A DNA stretch of 64,000 nt, from assembly GCA_964371055.1 (NCBI GenBank), contig CAYJLF010000004.1, positions 74,389 through 138,388 of the forward strand, given 5' to 3'. Source of the stretch: an uncultured bacterium. Its GTDB lineage: Bacteria > Eisenbacteria > RBG-16-71-46 > CAIMUX01. The notes under the pieces are model-generated. The model was not told the origin of the DNA. It worked only from the letters and a program-made list of their open reading frames with translations, and ran no database searches. Both the position numbers and the translations under genes were made by a program. Below, one piece after another: positions 51,755 to 61,053 of the stretch (the first letter of the stretch is position 1; the number at the start of each line of letters is the position of its first letter).

Positions 51755-52669
51755 ATGCGCGTAAGCGGTTTTTCCTTCGTCCGGGACGCGGTCCGGCTGC
51801 ACTACCCGGTGGCCGAATCGATCCGGTCGGTCCTGCCGATCGTGGACGAGTTCGTCATCAGCGTGGGCCGTTCCGAGGACGGGACCGCCGAGCGGATCCG
51901 GGCGATCGGCGATCCGAAGGTGCGTTTGATCGAGACCGACTGGGATCCGGCGCTCTTCGTGCACGGGGCGATCAACGCGCACCAGACCAACCTCGCGCTC
52001 GACGCGTGCACCGGTGACTGGGCCGTCTACCTGCAGGCGGACGAGGTCCTGCACGAGGACGATCTACCTCGGCTGCGTCGCGCGATGGAGGAGAATCTCG
52101 ACGACGCGCGCGTCGAGGGACTGCTCTTCGACTACCTTCACTTCTGGGGCGACTTCGGCCTCTATCACTGGACGCGGAACTGGTACCGCCACGAGGTTCG
52201 CGCCGTGCGGAGGATGCCGGGGATGCGTTCCTGGAAGAGCGCGCAGGGATTCAGGGTCGACGGCCGCAAGCCGTATGTGCGCCCGAGCGGAGCGCGGATC
52301 TTCCACTATGGATGGGTGCGTCCGCCGGCCGTCATGAAGAGCAAGCAGGTCGCGCTCGACCGGCTGCATCATCCTGAAGACTGGGTGAGGCGCCGGCACG
52401 CGCAAACCGATCAGACCTTCGACTACGGACCTCTCGATCACCTGCGCCGGTTCGAGGGGACTCACCCCCGCGTCATGCAGGAGTGGATCGCGGCGAAAGA
52501 GTGGAGGGCGGAGGATTACCAGCGTCCGGCGACGCGGCATGAACACAACCGCCTCTCCACCCGGCTTTTGACGTGGATCGAAGATCGCATCCTGCGCCAC
52601 CGGATCGGCGGGTACCGGAACTACGTCCTCCTGCCGGGAGAGAGTCCCGGCGGGCGCGAGAACCGCTAG
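51755..52669 (+). CDS. Glycosyltransferase family 2 protein
   Basis: YPVAESIRS, SEDGT, YLQADE, HYGWVRPP. Confidence 0.88.
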   Translation: MRVSGFSFVRDAVRLHYPVAESIRSVLPIVDEFVISVGRSEDGTAERIRAIGDPKVRLIETDWDPALFVHGAINAHQTNLALDACTGDWAVYLQADEVLHEDDLPRLRRAMEENLDDARVEGLLFDYLHFWGDFGLYHWTRNWYRHEVRAVRRMPGMRSWKSAQGFRVDGRKPYVRPSGARIFHYGWVRPPAVMKSKQVALDRLHHPEDWVRRRHAQTDQTFDYGPLDHLRRFEGTHPRVMQEWIAAKEWRAEDYQRPATRHEHNRLSTRLLTWIEDRILRHRIGGYRNYVLLPGESPGGRENR

Positions 52670-53598
52670 AAAAGGTAGAAGCGAAGACCGACGTTCAGGA
52701 TCGGGCCGCTGAAATCGATCCTCTCCATGCCAAGCGCCCGGACGTTGGGCCGGCCGTCGGCGTCATGGACCGGCACGCCGGAGATCCGCTCCATCTCCAG
52801 GAAAGCGGCCCCGATGATGGTCAGCGGAGTCAGCACGGGGTCCCCGCTCTGATCGACGCCGTCCTGGTCCAGGTCATAGAGGTTCGGTACCCCGTCGTGG
52901 TCGGTGTCCTGGGTCGGCTGGGCGAGATCGGAGATCTGGTAGCTGAACTTGTCCCGCTCGATGTCGAGATAGCGGTAGGCGAGGTCTAGAACGAGCGTCG
53001 TCTTGTCGTTCAGGGTGTACTCGGCGGCCACGACCGCCAGCCCGCCCCAACCGCTTCCTTCGAAGGTCGCCGTCTCGACCCGCTGCGTGCCACCTTCGAC
53101 CCGCCGCACCTCGTGTCGCACCTCGCACTCCGCACTGGTCGTATTGAGCGCCCCGCCGCCGACGCGCAAGCGCATCTTTGGGGTCGGGCGCCACGGCAGA
53201 TCGTAGTCGACCCGGACCTGGTAGTAGGTCGCACTCGGCTTGACGGAGATGACCTCGTCGAAGTCGAGTCCGCTTTCGGCCATCATCGTGCCGCCACCGA
53301 TCGAGAGGTGGATCGGTCCATAGATGCGTGCGCGCAGGTCTCCGGCGAAGTTGAAGCCGACCCCGGGGGCGTCGAGCGTCTTCCAGCCGCGCGGACCAAA
53401 GTAGTCCCGATTGGCTTCGTCGATCCGGTCCTCGACATCGGCGAGGGCGAAGATCCCCCCCCCCGCCGTGCCACCGATCGAGAAGCGGCCGATCGGGTCC
53501 TGCGCCTGGGCGGGAGCGATCCAAGCCAGTCCCGCGGCCCCGAAGCCGAGCGCCGCGAACAACGTGATCAATGCGGGAAACCTGCGGATCCACATCAT
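52666..53598 (-). CDS. Outer membrane beta-barrel protein
   Basis: Signal peptide, alternating beta-strands, C-terminal GLRFYLF. Confidence 0.75.
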   Translation of the reverse strand: MMWIRRFPALITLFAALGFGAAGLAWIAPAQAQDPIGRFSIGGTAGGGIFALADVEDRIDEANRDYFGPRGWKTLDAPGVGFNFAGDLRARIYGPIHLSIGGGTMMAESGLDFDEVISVKPSATYYQVRVDYDLPWRPTPKMRLRVGGGALNTTSAECEVRHEVRRVEGGTQRVETATFEGSGWGGLAVVAAEYTLNDKTTLVLDLAYRYLDIERDKFSYQISDLAQPTQDTDHDGVPNLYDLDQDGVDQSGDPVLTPLTIIGAAFLEMERISGVPVHDADGRPNVRALGMERIDFSGPILNVGLRFYLF

Positions 53599-53708
53599 CG
53601 TCCCACTCCCCCCTACCCTCGGCAGGCCGGTGGCCGCCGTCAGCGGCCGGATCAGCGCGGACGGTAGCACCCGCCAAGACCGGCGTCAACCGGCCCCCCT
53701 CGCCGGAG

Positions 53709-55139
53709 TTACCCGGCGGGCGCCGCTTCCTCGAGCCACTTCCGCAGGCGCTGTGGCACCTCGGCATCGGGCAGAACCCGTTGTTCTCCCGTCGAGAGCT
53801 GCTTGGCCGTCCAGGCCTGGGCCGCGGCTTCGTCCGGGCCCTGGAAAAGGACGAGCGGAATCCCGCGCCGATCGGCCTGCGCGAGTTGCTTCTTCAGTCG
53901 CTCGGGTCGGTACCAGACCTCCGTGTTGATCCCGGCGGCCCGCAGGCGCCCGGTCATGACCAGCGCCGCCGTCTCTGCCTCTGCTCCGAACTGCAGGACG
54001 AGCACCGAGGTTCGCGACGCGGCGCCCCGGGCCTGACCGCTCTGCTCGAGTGCGCTGAAGATCCGGTCGAGTCCGATCGTCGTCCCGACTGCGGGGACCT
54101 CTTCGGGCGAGAAGACGCCGACCAGTCCGTCATAACGCCCTCCCCCGGTCAGACTGCCGATGTGCGGCAGCGACTCCAGGAACGACTCGAAGACCGCCCC
54201 GGTGTAGTAGTCCAGGCCGCGCGCGAGTCCCAGCCGGAACTGATACCGCGGCAGCTCTGCCCCCATCGCCTCCAGGGCGTCCCAGATCGCCAACAGGTCC
54301 GCACACCCCGCTTCGATCCCCGGATCGCCGGGGAGCGCGGCCAAGAGCCCCTCGATCGCCTCTTTCCCGCCGGCGGGACGCCCCAGGAGGTCGAGGATCC
54401 GGCGCCGCGCCGCTGGTTCGATTCCCTCGGCGGCCAGCTCCGCCTCGATTCCGGCCTCCCCCACCTTGTCGATCTTGTCGATCGCCCGGAGGACGGCCGG
54501 CACCGACTCGAGTGGAAGCCCCGCGACACGCACCAGCCCTTCCAGGATCCGTCGATGATTGACGCGCACGCGAAACGGCCCCACCTCGAGCCCGCGCAGG
54601 ACCTCGCCGGTCAGCGCCAGGATCTCCGCGTCGGCGATCAGGCTCGTCTCCCCCACGATGTCGGCGTCGCACTGGTAGAACTCCCGGTACCGCCCCTGGA
54701 TCAGCTGCGGCCGATCGGCCCGCCAGACCGGCTGCATCTGGTACCGCTTGAACGGGCGCGGCAGCGAGGAGTGCTGCGCGATCACACGCGCCAGCGGGAC
54801 GGTGAGGTCATAGCGCAACGCCAGGGTGTGTCCGCCGCGATAGGCGAGGGGGTAGATCAGCTTCTCCCCCTCGACCCCATATTTCCCCAGCAGGATTTCC
54901 AGATACTCGACCGCGGGCGTCTCCAGCGGGGAGAAGCCGTAGCGACCGAAGACCTCGCGCAGATAGCCGAAGATCTCCTCGCGCCGGATCATCTCGGCGG
55001 GGAGAAAGTCGCGCATCCCCCGGAAAGTCCGCGGGTGGATCCGGCCGTCGACCCGCGCCGGCCCCTCGTCGACGGCGTCGTCGCCCGCGTCCCTCGGTTC
55101 GTCGTCCCTCGGTCTGTCGTCCCTCGGTGCCTGGCCCAC
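53709..55139 (-). CDS. hisS: Histidine--tRNA ligase
   Basis: RGMRDF, LRYDLTVP, GRYREFYQCD, RGLDYYTG, GGGRYD. Confidence 0.97.
   Translation of the reverse strand: MGQAPRDDRPRDDEPRDAGDDAVDEGPARVDGRIHPRTFRGMRDFLPAEMIRREEIFGYLREVFGRYGFSPLETPAVEYLEILLGKYGVEGEKLIYPLAYRGGHTLALRYDLTVPLARVIAQHSSLPRPFKRYQMQPVWRADRPQLIQGRYREFYQCDADIVGETSLIADAEILALTGEVLRGLEVGPFRVRVNHRRILEGLVRVAGLPLESVPAVLRAIDKIDKVGEAGIEAELAAEGIEPAARRRILDLLGRPAGGKEAIEGLLAALPGDPGIEAGCADLLAIWDALEAMGAELPRYQFRLGLARGLDYYTGAVFESFLESLPHIGSLTGGGRYDGLVGVFSPEEVPAVGTTIGLDRIFSALEQSGQARGAASRTSVLVLQFGAEAETAALVMTGRLRAAGINTEVWYRPERLKKQLAQADRRGIPLVLFQGPDEAAAQAWTAKQLSTGEQRVLPDAEVPQRLRKWLEEAAPAG
55088..55132. repeat. 15-bp imperfect tandem repeat, 3 copies, in the hisS 5' end
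   Basis: CGTCCCTCGGT core three times; encodes PRDDRPRDDEPRD. Confidence 0.85.
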
Positions 55140-55185
55140 GTCTTCCTCCTCGATCCGCCCCCGGGGCGGTCGTCGCTCGATCCGT

Positions 55186-56898
55186 CTACTCGAGCCCCTC
55201 TCCGAGCGCCGTCTCCGCTGCCGCGACCAGCGCGCCGGAATCGACCAGGCGCTGCATCAGTTCGAGGTCGCGCGGCAGGAACCGATCTTCCTTCAGCATC
55301 GGGATTCCACCCGTTCGCACCGCGTCGCGAGTGGCGGCCAGCCCCGCTCCAAGCCGGCGCGGTCGGCCCAGGACATCCTCCTGCAGATCGAGCCCCTGCA
55401 CCGCCGCGAGGATCTCCAGCGCCAGGACCCGGCGCGTGTTGTCGAGGATGCGGCGCGCCTTGCGCGCGGCCCACAGCCCCATGCTGACATGATCCTCCTG
55501 GTCTCCCGAAGTCGGGATCGAATCGACGGAGGCGGGATGGGCCAGAGTCTTGTTCTCCGAGACGAGCGCCGCGGCCGTGTACTGCGTGATCATGAGGCCC
55601 GTATTGATGCCCGGTTCCCCGCCGGTCAGGTTCGACGGCAGCCCGTAGCTCAGTTCGGCGTTGAGCAGACGATAGAGCCGTCGCTCCGAGATGCTCGCGA
55701 GTTCGGCCAGGGCGATCGACGCGAAGTCGGCCGCCAGCGCCAGCGGCTGGCCGTGGAAATTCCCGCCGGAGAGAGCCCGGACGCCTTCCCGGGTGGAGAA
55801 GAGGAGCGGGTTGTCGGTCACGGCATTGAGCTCCCGGTCGGCGGTCGTCCGCGCAAAGAGAAGCGCATCCCGCGTCGCTCCGTGTACCTGGGGGGCGCAC
55901 CGGAGGCTGTAGGCGTCCTGCACGCGAGGGAGGTGCTCCGTCGACAGGCGGAAGCGGTGCAACGCATCGCGATCGATCCCTTCGGTCGCGAGGGCCGTCG
56001 TCTGAGCATCGACCTCCCGCCCGATCTTCGCCCGCAGGTACTCCAGACGCAGCGGCTCGCCGGTCGGCTCTCCCCCGCGCAGGAGGCGACGCAGGTTCCG
56101 CGCGACCGACTCCTGCCCGGGATGGCCGCGGACCACCTGCAGCCGCGCGTCGAAGGCATCTTCCTCCCCCAGAGTCGCCTCGAGGGTGAGTCCGGCCGCG
56201 AGATCCGCCAGTCGCACCAACGCCCCGGCGTCCTCGAGGAGGAGAACGAGGAGAGCCAGCATGAAACTGGTGCCGTTGGTGAGCGCCATCGCCTCCTTGG
56301 CCTCGAGGCGGAGCGGACGCGGCTGCTCGGACGGAGCGAGGTCGCCGAGCCGGACCGCAACCCCGTCCTTCAGGACGAGTGCGTCCGGCTCTCCCATCAG
56401 GACCGCGCCGACATGCGCGAGTTGCGCCAGATCGCCGCTGGCGCCCAAAGAGCCGATCTCCGGCACCCAGGGGTGGATGCCGCGGTTGAGCAGATCGACC
56501 AACGCCTCCACGAGCGCCGGGCGGACCCCGGAATGGCCCGACGCCAGGCTGTTGGCCCGGACGAGGATCGCCGCTCGCACCGCCTCCTCGGCGAGCGGGG
56601 GGCCGACCGCCGCGGCGTGCGCATCGATGTAGCGCTGTTGGAACTCCTCGATTCTGGCGGCGGGGATCTGGCGATTCTTGAGGACGCCGACGCCGGTGTT
56701 GAAGCCGTAGATCGCCGCGCCCGGGCCGCCGGGGGCGAGCCATTCCCGCTCCACGATCGCCCGCACACGGGCACACTCCTCGATCGACGAGCGCGCGATC
56801 GCCGCGAACGCCCGCTCTCCGCCCTGGCCTCGCGCCACGCGCACCACCTGCTCGCGATCGAGGGAGAATCCATCCAGCTCAACCGTACCGCCCGCCAT
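55186..56898 (-). CDS. hutH: Histidine / aromatic amino acid ammonia-lyase
   Basis: YGFNTG, GASGDL (MIO), KEAMALTNGT, QDAYSLRC, GGNFHG, QEDHVSMG. Confidence 0.88.
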   Translation of the reverse strand: MAGGTVELDGFSLDREQVVRVARGQGGERAFAAIARSSIEECARVRAIVEREWLAPGGPGAAIYGFNTGVGVLKNRQIPAARIEEFQQRYIDAHAAAVGPPLAEEAVRAAILVRANSLASGHSGVRPALVEALVDLLNRGIHPWVPEIGSLGASGDLAQLAHVGAVLMGEPDALVLKDGVAVRLGDLAPSEQPRPLRLEAKEAMALTNGTSFMLALLVLLLEDAGALVRLADLAAGLTLEATLGEEDAFDARLQVVRGHPGQESVARNLRRLLRGGEPTGEPLRLEYLRAKIGREVDAQTTALATEGIDRDALHRFRLSTEHLPRVQDAYSLRCAPQVHGATRDALLFARTTADRELNAVTDNPLLFSTREGVRALSGGNFHGQPLALAADFASIALAELASISERRLYRLLNAELSYGLPSNLTGGEPGINTGLMITQYTAAALVSENKTLAHPASVDSIPTSGDQEDHVSMGLWAARKARRILDNTRRVLALEILAAVQGLDLQEDVLGRPRRLGAGLAATRDAVRTGGIPMLKEDRFLPRDLELMQRLVDSGALVAAAETALGEGLE

Positions 56899-57067
56899 CG
56901 TCTCCACTCCTTCTCCAGCGACCCCCAAGACGGGCGAGGATAGGGATCGAAGGGCCCGCTGTCCACTCGCGGGGTCGATCGGCCGCGCGGCGCGACCCGC
57001 TCGCGGCAGAGGAGTGATCAAGTGGAACTCGAGGCAGCGCACCGGCTGCCGCAAACTCGGAGGCGTC

Positions 57068-58456
57068 TCAGCTCGCCGTCGGCGGGGAGGCTGGTCGCGT
57101 CCGCGCGGGGACCGCGAGGCGGCTGGCCAAGGGGAGGGGCGCCTCGAGAGATCCGCTCTGGATCGTCCAGACCGCTCCGAGGCCGGCCTCGATCCACGCG
57201 CTCTCCTGGCCCGGTCCCAGGCGCCTCGCGAGGCCTCGGAACCAGGGCCCCGGGCCGATCGCGGAGGCGAGCACGACCACCCGGAGGCTCGGTCCATGCA
57301 GGGCGAGCGCCTCGATCAGCATCGGCGTCGGTGCGTCCGCCAGGGCGACGAGTCCAGCCTGGCTGGAGCGGACCAGTTCCTCCAGTCCGCCGGGGCGCGC
57401 CAACTGCTCCGGGGCGACCGTTCCCACCCGTCCGGGCAGGCGGCTCCACTCGTAGCGAGGGAGTGACTCCACGACCCAGGCGATCTCCGGGCGTTCGGTC
57501 GCGCGACGAGCCAGCCAGGCGGCGAGGGCCGTCGTTCCCGGCCAGATCTCTCCTCGTTCGGATCCGTCGGCCGGAGCCAGCATGAGGGTCCAGCCCTCGC
57601 TCTGCGCCTGCAGTTCGTGGAAGAGAGGATCGGGCAGGCCGAGGTCGTACCAGGACGGGATGTCAGCCAGCGCGAGACTGGCGAGCACCCAGTCGCCGTC
57701 GGGGGCACGGTGCCGCACGGACCAGTACGATCCCCCCTCCGGATCGGGAGTGACGTGGACGCGGCGCGCGCGGCCCCGGCGCGCTCGTTCGTCGCTCCCC
57801 CGGCTGGAGGGGGCCAGTTCTTCCGCCCACGCCACGACGGCGCCGGCATCCGCGCCGACGATTTCTTCCAGCCCGGCCCGGTGGAGCACGGCGACGCGCG
57901 CCCCCGGGCCCAGTCGAAGCCTCCAGGCCCCCGGCCGCCGGAGCGCCGCGCGCACCGCATCGCGCCAGCCACGCCCTTTCTGGTCTGCGTCCCCCAGCGC
58001 GACGACCCGGCGGAAGGTCTCGGAAAGACCCGCCGCGCGTTCCTGCTTCTCCAGGAAGAGCTGGGCGGCCGACGGTCCCGCGCCGTCGTCCTCTCCGGTG
58101 GCCGCCATCTCGTCGATCTGCCGCGCTGCCTCCAGCAGGATGCTCTCGGTCGAGGCCTGGATGCGACGGTCGGGCGGGACCGGCCCGGGGGCGAACTCGA
58201 AGGTGCCGTCGCGCCACTGCACCGCCCGCAGCACGATGCTCTCCCCGTCCCGGAGCGTCTCGTCCGTCGCCGAAAGAAGCTGTCCCTCGTGGAACGTGAA
58301 GTAGGCGGTCCCCTCCGGCGTGCGGACCGTCAGGGTTCCGGTCTTTCTGTTCAGCATCAGGAACTGGCAGAGGTCGAAAAGCGAGACCGCGCCGAGGCGC
58401 CCGCCCAGGGCCGGCCACGTGATTCGCTCGCGGGTCGTCATCTCCCCCGGCGCCAT
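57068..58456 (-). CDS. DUF4388 domain fused to a degenerate PilT-like region
   Basis: GRLGAVSLFDLCQFL..NRKTG ... ILLEAARQIDE; C-terminal part aligns by eye with the neighbouring PilT. Confidence 0.75.
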   Translation of the reverse strand: MAPGEMTTRERITWPALGGRLGAVSLFDLCQFLMLNRKTGTLTVRTPEGTAYFTFHEGQLLSATDETLRDGESIVLRAVQWRDGTFEFAPGPVPPDRRIQASTESILLEAARQIDEMAATGEDDGAGPSAAQLFLEKQERAAGLSETFRRVVALGDADQKGRGWRDAVRAALRRPGAWRLRLGPGARVAVLHRAGLEEIVGADAGAVVAWAEELAPSSRGSDERARRGRARRVHVTPDPEGGSYWSVRHRAPDGDWVLASLALADIPSWYDLGLPDPLFHELQAQSEGWTLMLAPADGSERGEIWPGTTALAAWLARRATERPEIAWVVESLPRYEWSRLPGRVGTVAPEQLARPGGLEELVRSSQAGLVALADAPTPMLIEALALHGPSLRVVVLASAIGPGPWFRGLARRLGPGQESAWIEAGLGAVWTIQSGSLEAPLPLASRLAVPARTRPASPPTAS

Positions 58457-58469
58457 CGGATGTCTCCCC

Positions 58470-59549
58470 TCAGGCCGCTTCGGCCTGCGTGCCGCGCTCG
58501 AGGAGCGGGGCGAAGGTCTCTTTCACGTTCGCGGTCAGGTACGCCTCCTGCGGCGTGATCGCGCCGTCCTTCACCATCTGCATCAGGACATTGTCGAGCA
58601 GCAGCATGCCATCTTTGCGTCCGGTCTGCATCAAAGTCGGGATCTGGAAGGTCTTCTTCTCGCGGATCATGGCGGCCACCGCCATGTTTCCGAAGAGCAC
58701 CTCCACCACCGGGACGCGTCCCTGTCCGTCGGCCCGTCGCACGAGGCGTTGGGCGACGACGCCGCGGAGCGATTCGGCGAGCATGGCGCGGATCTGCGCC
58801 TGCTTCTCGTCGGCGAAGGCATCGATGATCCGGTCGATCGTCTGGGCCGCGCTGGCCGTATGCAGGGTCCCCAGCACGAGCTGCCCGGTCTCCGCCGCCG
58901 TGATCGCAAGCTGCATCGTCTCGAGGTCCCGCATCTCGCCGACGAGCACGATGTTCGGATCCTCGCGCAGGGCCGACCGCAGCGCCGCGGAGAAACTGCG
59001 CGCGGAGCGGCCCACTTCCCTCTGGTTCACGAGGCAGTTCAGGTTGGGATGCACATACTCGACCGGATCCTCGATCGTGATGATGTGCTTTCGCTGCGTC
59101 TCGTTGATGTGGTGGAGCAAGGCCGCCAGCGTGGTGCTCTTCCCACTCCCCGGCGGCCCGGTGACGACCACCAGCCCCTTGCGGTACTCGGCGAACCGCC
59201 GGATCTGGTCCGGCAAGCCGAGTTGTTCGAGAGAGAAGATGCGGGTCGGCAGGAGGCGAAACGCGCCGGCGATGCCGCGGATCTGCTCGTAGAGGTTGCA
59301 GCGGACCCGGACCTCGCCCGCGACGTCGTAGGCGAAGTCGATGTCCTTGTCCCGTTCGAACTGAACCCGCTGTTCGGGAGCCATCATCTCGTAGAGGAGC
59401 TGCCGGGCCTGGTCGCCGGTCAGCTCGGGCGCTTCGATGGGCCGGATGTCGCCCTGGACACGGAGCATCGGAGGGGCGCCGGTCGAGATATGGAGATCCG
59501 ACGCGCCCTGCTCCTTGACCATTTTGAAGATTGCGTCGATCCGCGCCAA
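58470..59549 (-). CDS. pilT: Type IV pilus retraction ATPase
   Basis: ASDLH, GPPGSGKSTT, TIEDPVE, LREDPN, GEMRD, AAETG, GTLHT. Confidence 0.95.
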   Translation of the reverse strand: MARIDAIFKMVKEQGASDLHISTGAPPMLRVQGDIRPIEAPELTGDQARQLLYEMMAPEQRVQFERDKDIDFAYDVAGEVRVRCNLYEQIRGIAGAFRLLPTRIFSLEQLGLPDQIRRFAEYRKGLVVVTGPPGSGKSTTLAALLHHINETQRKHIITIEDPVEYVHPNLNCLVNQREVGRSARSFSAALRSALREDPNIVLVGEMRDLETMQLAITAAETGQLVLGTLHTASAAQTIDRIIDAFADEKQAQIRAMLAESLRGVVAQRLVRRADGQGRVPVVEVLFGNMAVAAMIREKKTFQIPTLMQTGRKDGMLLLDNVLMQMVKDGAITPQEAYLTANVKETFAPLLERGTQAEAA

Positions 59550-59705
59550 CCGGCTGTCCTCCCGGAGGTTAGTCGTCCCCTTGACTATCGGCCGAAGTCG
59601 GGGCGGACTGAACCGCGACGGAACAAGCAGTTCGCCCCGCCGGCGGAGGAATCCGGCGGGGCGATTCTGGCGCGCGGGGGAGCGGACCCGCGCCGGGAGG
59701 CCAGG

Positions 59706-60158
59706 CTACTCGAAGTCGTCGAAGCGGGAGAGCTGGACCACACGGCTCTGGAGGAAGCCGCCGACCACTTGGGCCCCCGCGCCGACCCACATCCCTGCCG
59801 CCGGGTTCCAGGTCCGACGGTCTGCGAAGTTGCCAGCGAGAGCGGAGAGCGTCGCCTTGGAGGCGAGGAGCAAACCTTGCGGCTCGATTTCGATGTGCCG
59901 GCCCGCGGCATCCAGATCGACCGTAAGCGTTACCGTCACCGGCTCTTGGAGAGCACCCGCGGGGATCGTGAAAGCGACGCCCGCGGTTTCCACGGAACCT
60001 CCGGCCGGGCCGATCTCCGCCGAGGCCCGGCTCACGGCCAGGAGGCTCGGCGCGACGCCGGAGTCTGTGGGTGCCAGGATCTGCGACGCATCTTCACCGC
60101 AGCCGGAGACCATCCCCGCCACGAGCACGCTGAGTAGGACGACGAAGGTACGAAGCAT
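59706..60158 (-). CDS. Small lipoprotein with a ZU5-like region
   Basis: GGAGG RBS, lipobox VSGC, IGPAGG...IPAGAL...IEPQGL. Confidence 0.75.
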   Translation of the reverse strand: MLRTFVVLLSVLVAGMVSGCGEDASQILAPTDSGVAPSLLAVSRASAEIGPAGGSVETAGVAFTIPAGALQEPVTVTLTVDLDAAGRHIEIEPQGLLLASKATLSALAGNFADRRTWNPAAGMWVGAGAQVVGGFLQSRVVQLSRFDDFE

Positions 60159-60180
60159 GGTTCCTCCCGCCTGGTGAAGT

Positions 60181-60200
60181 CTGTCAACACTGGGTGACAG
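60181..60200. promoter_or_regulatory. Palindromic operator-like site
   Basis: CTGTCA-N8-TGACAG. Confidence 0.5.
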
Positions 60201-60216
60201 TCAAGCGGGATGCCAA
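60201..60216 (-). promoter_or_regulatory. Putative sigma54 promoter of the lipoprotein gene
   Basis: TTGGCATC-CCGC-TTGA versus consensus TGGCACG-N4-TTGC. Confidence 0.55.
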
Positions 60217-60621
60217 GGCCGAGCCGGGGATGGACGGCGGAACGAGGGCGGGACGCACTGCGCTCCACCGTGTTGTGTAACAATGTGTTATGTGCTGTGC
60301 GATCGCGGCGGGAATCGCTCCGGGCCGCTCCTCGCGTGGCGGGGGCAACCCAACTCCCCTTTGTTCGCGGGAGAAACGACGCGCTGGAGCGGGGCTCCGG
60401 GTCGACGTCCACCCGGAACCGCTTGGAAAGAAGAGAGATGTCTGAGCTGGCCGAGCCGAGCCGGGATCGGCGGATTCGCCCACGAAACAAGGCCCCCCGG
60501 CGGGAGCCGGGGGGCCTCTGGGTCCCGCCGTCCGGCAACTCTCGAGGGGCGGATGGATGCCGGAACCTGGCCGGGAACCGTCACACTGGGTCGCCCGTCG
60601 GCGGGCTTCGGAAGATCAGCG

Positions 60622-60669
60622 GCCGGGACCGCGACCGGGGGGCTCTCCGTGACCCGATCGCGTCCCGGC
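60622..60669 (-). terminator. Long GC-rich hairpin immediately after the small ORF
   Basis: GCCGGGACGCGATCGGG...CCCGGTCGCGGTCCCGGC; no U tract. Confidence 0.55.
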
Positions 60670-60675
60670 TTTCCG

Positions 60676-60744
60676 CTACCAGCCAGCCCTGCCCTTGCCG
60701 AGCCAGATGATCGCGAAGACGAAGAGCGATTCGATGATCAACAT
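60676..60744 (-). CDS. 22-aa hydrophobic peptide MLIIESLFVFAIIWLGKGRAGW
   Basis: AGGAGG 6 nt before ATG, GC3-biased codons, upstream sigma54 motif, downstream hairpin. Confidence 0.7.
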   Translation of the reverse strand: MLIIESLFVFAIIWLGKGRAGW

Positions 60745-60811
60745 GAGACACCTCCTGGTTTCGCAACTGCCGCCCCAGCTTGCTGGGAGCGCTCCTGAGT
60801 CGGGGGTGGTA

Positions 60812-60829
60812 ATGCACTCGTCGTGCCAA
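60812..60829 (-). promoter_or_regulatory. Sigma54 (-24/-12) promoter
   Basis: TTGGCACG-ACGA-GTGCAT, one mismatch to consensus; AT-rich upstream region with IHF-like TAACGTATTG at 60866-60875. Confidence 0.75.
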
Positions 60830-61053
60830 GACCGTGGCGAGCTCACATTCCCGGCGCACTAACTCTAACGTATTGTAATATAGTCCATTATGAAGGTAGG
60901 GCCGTGCCGGTCCGCATGGACTCGAATCGCCAACCAGAGACGTCTTTGTCGCATGGACTTGTCACCAGAGTTCGATAGGCGCCTAACTCTCACTTGAGGA
61001 ACATGATACGTGATAGTCACATTTACACGACAATTGTCATGTCGTCGAGTCAC

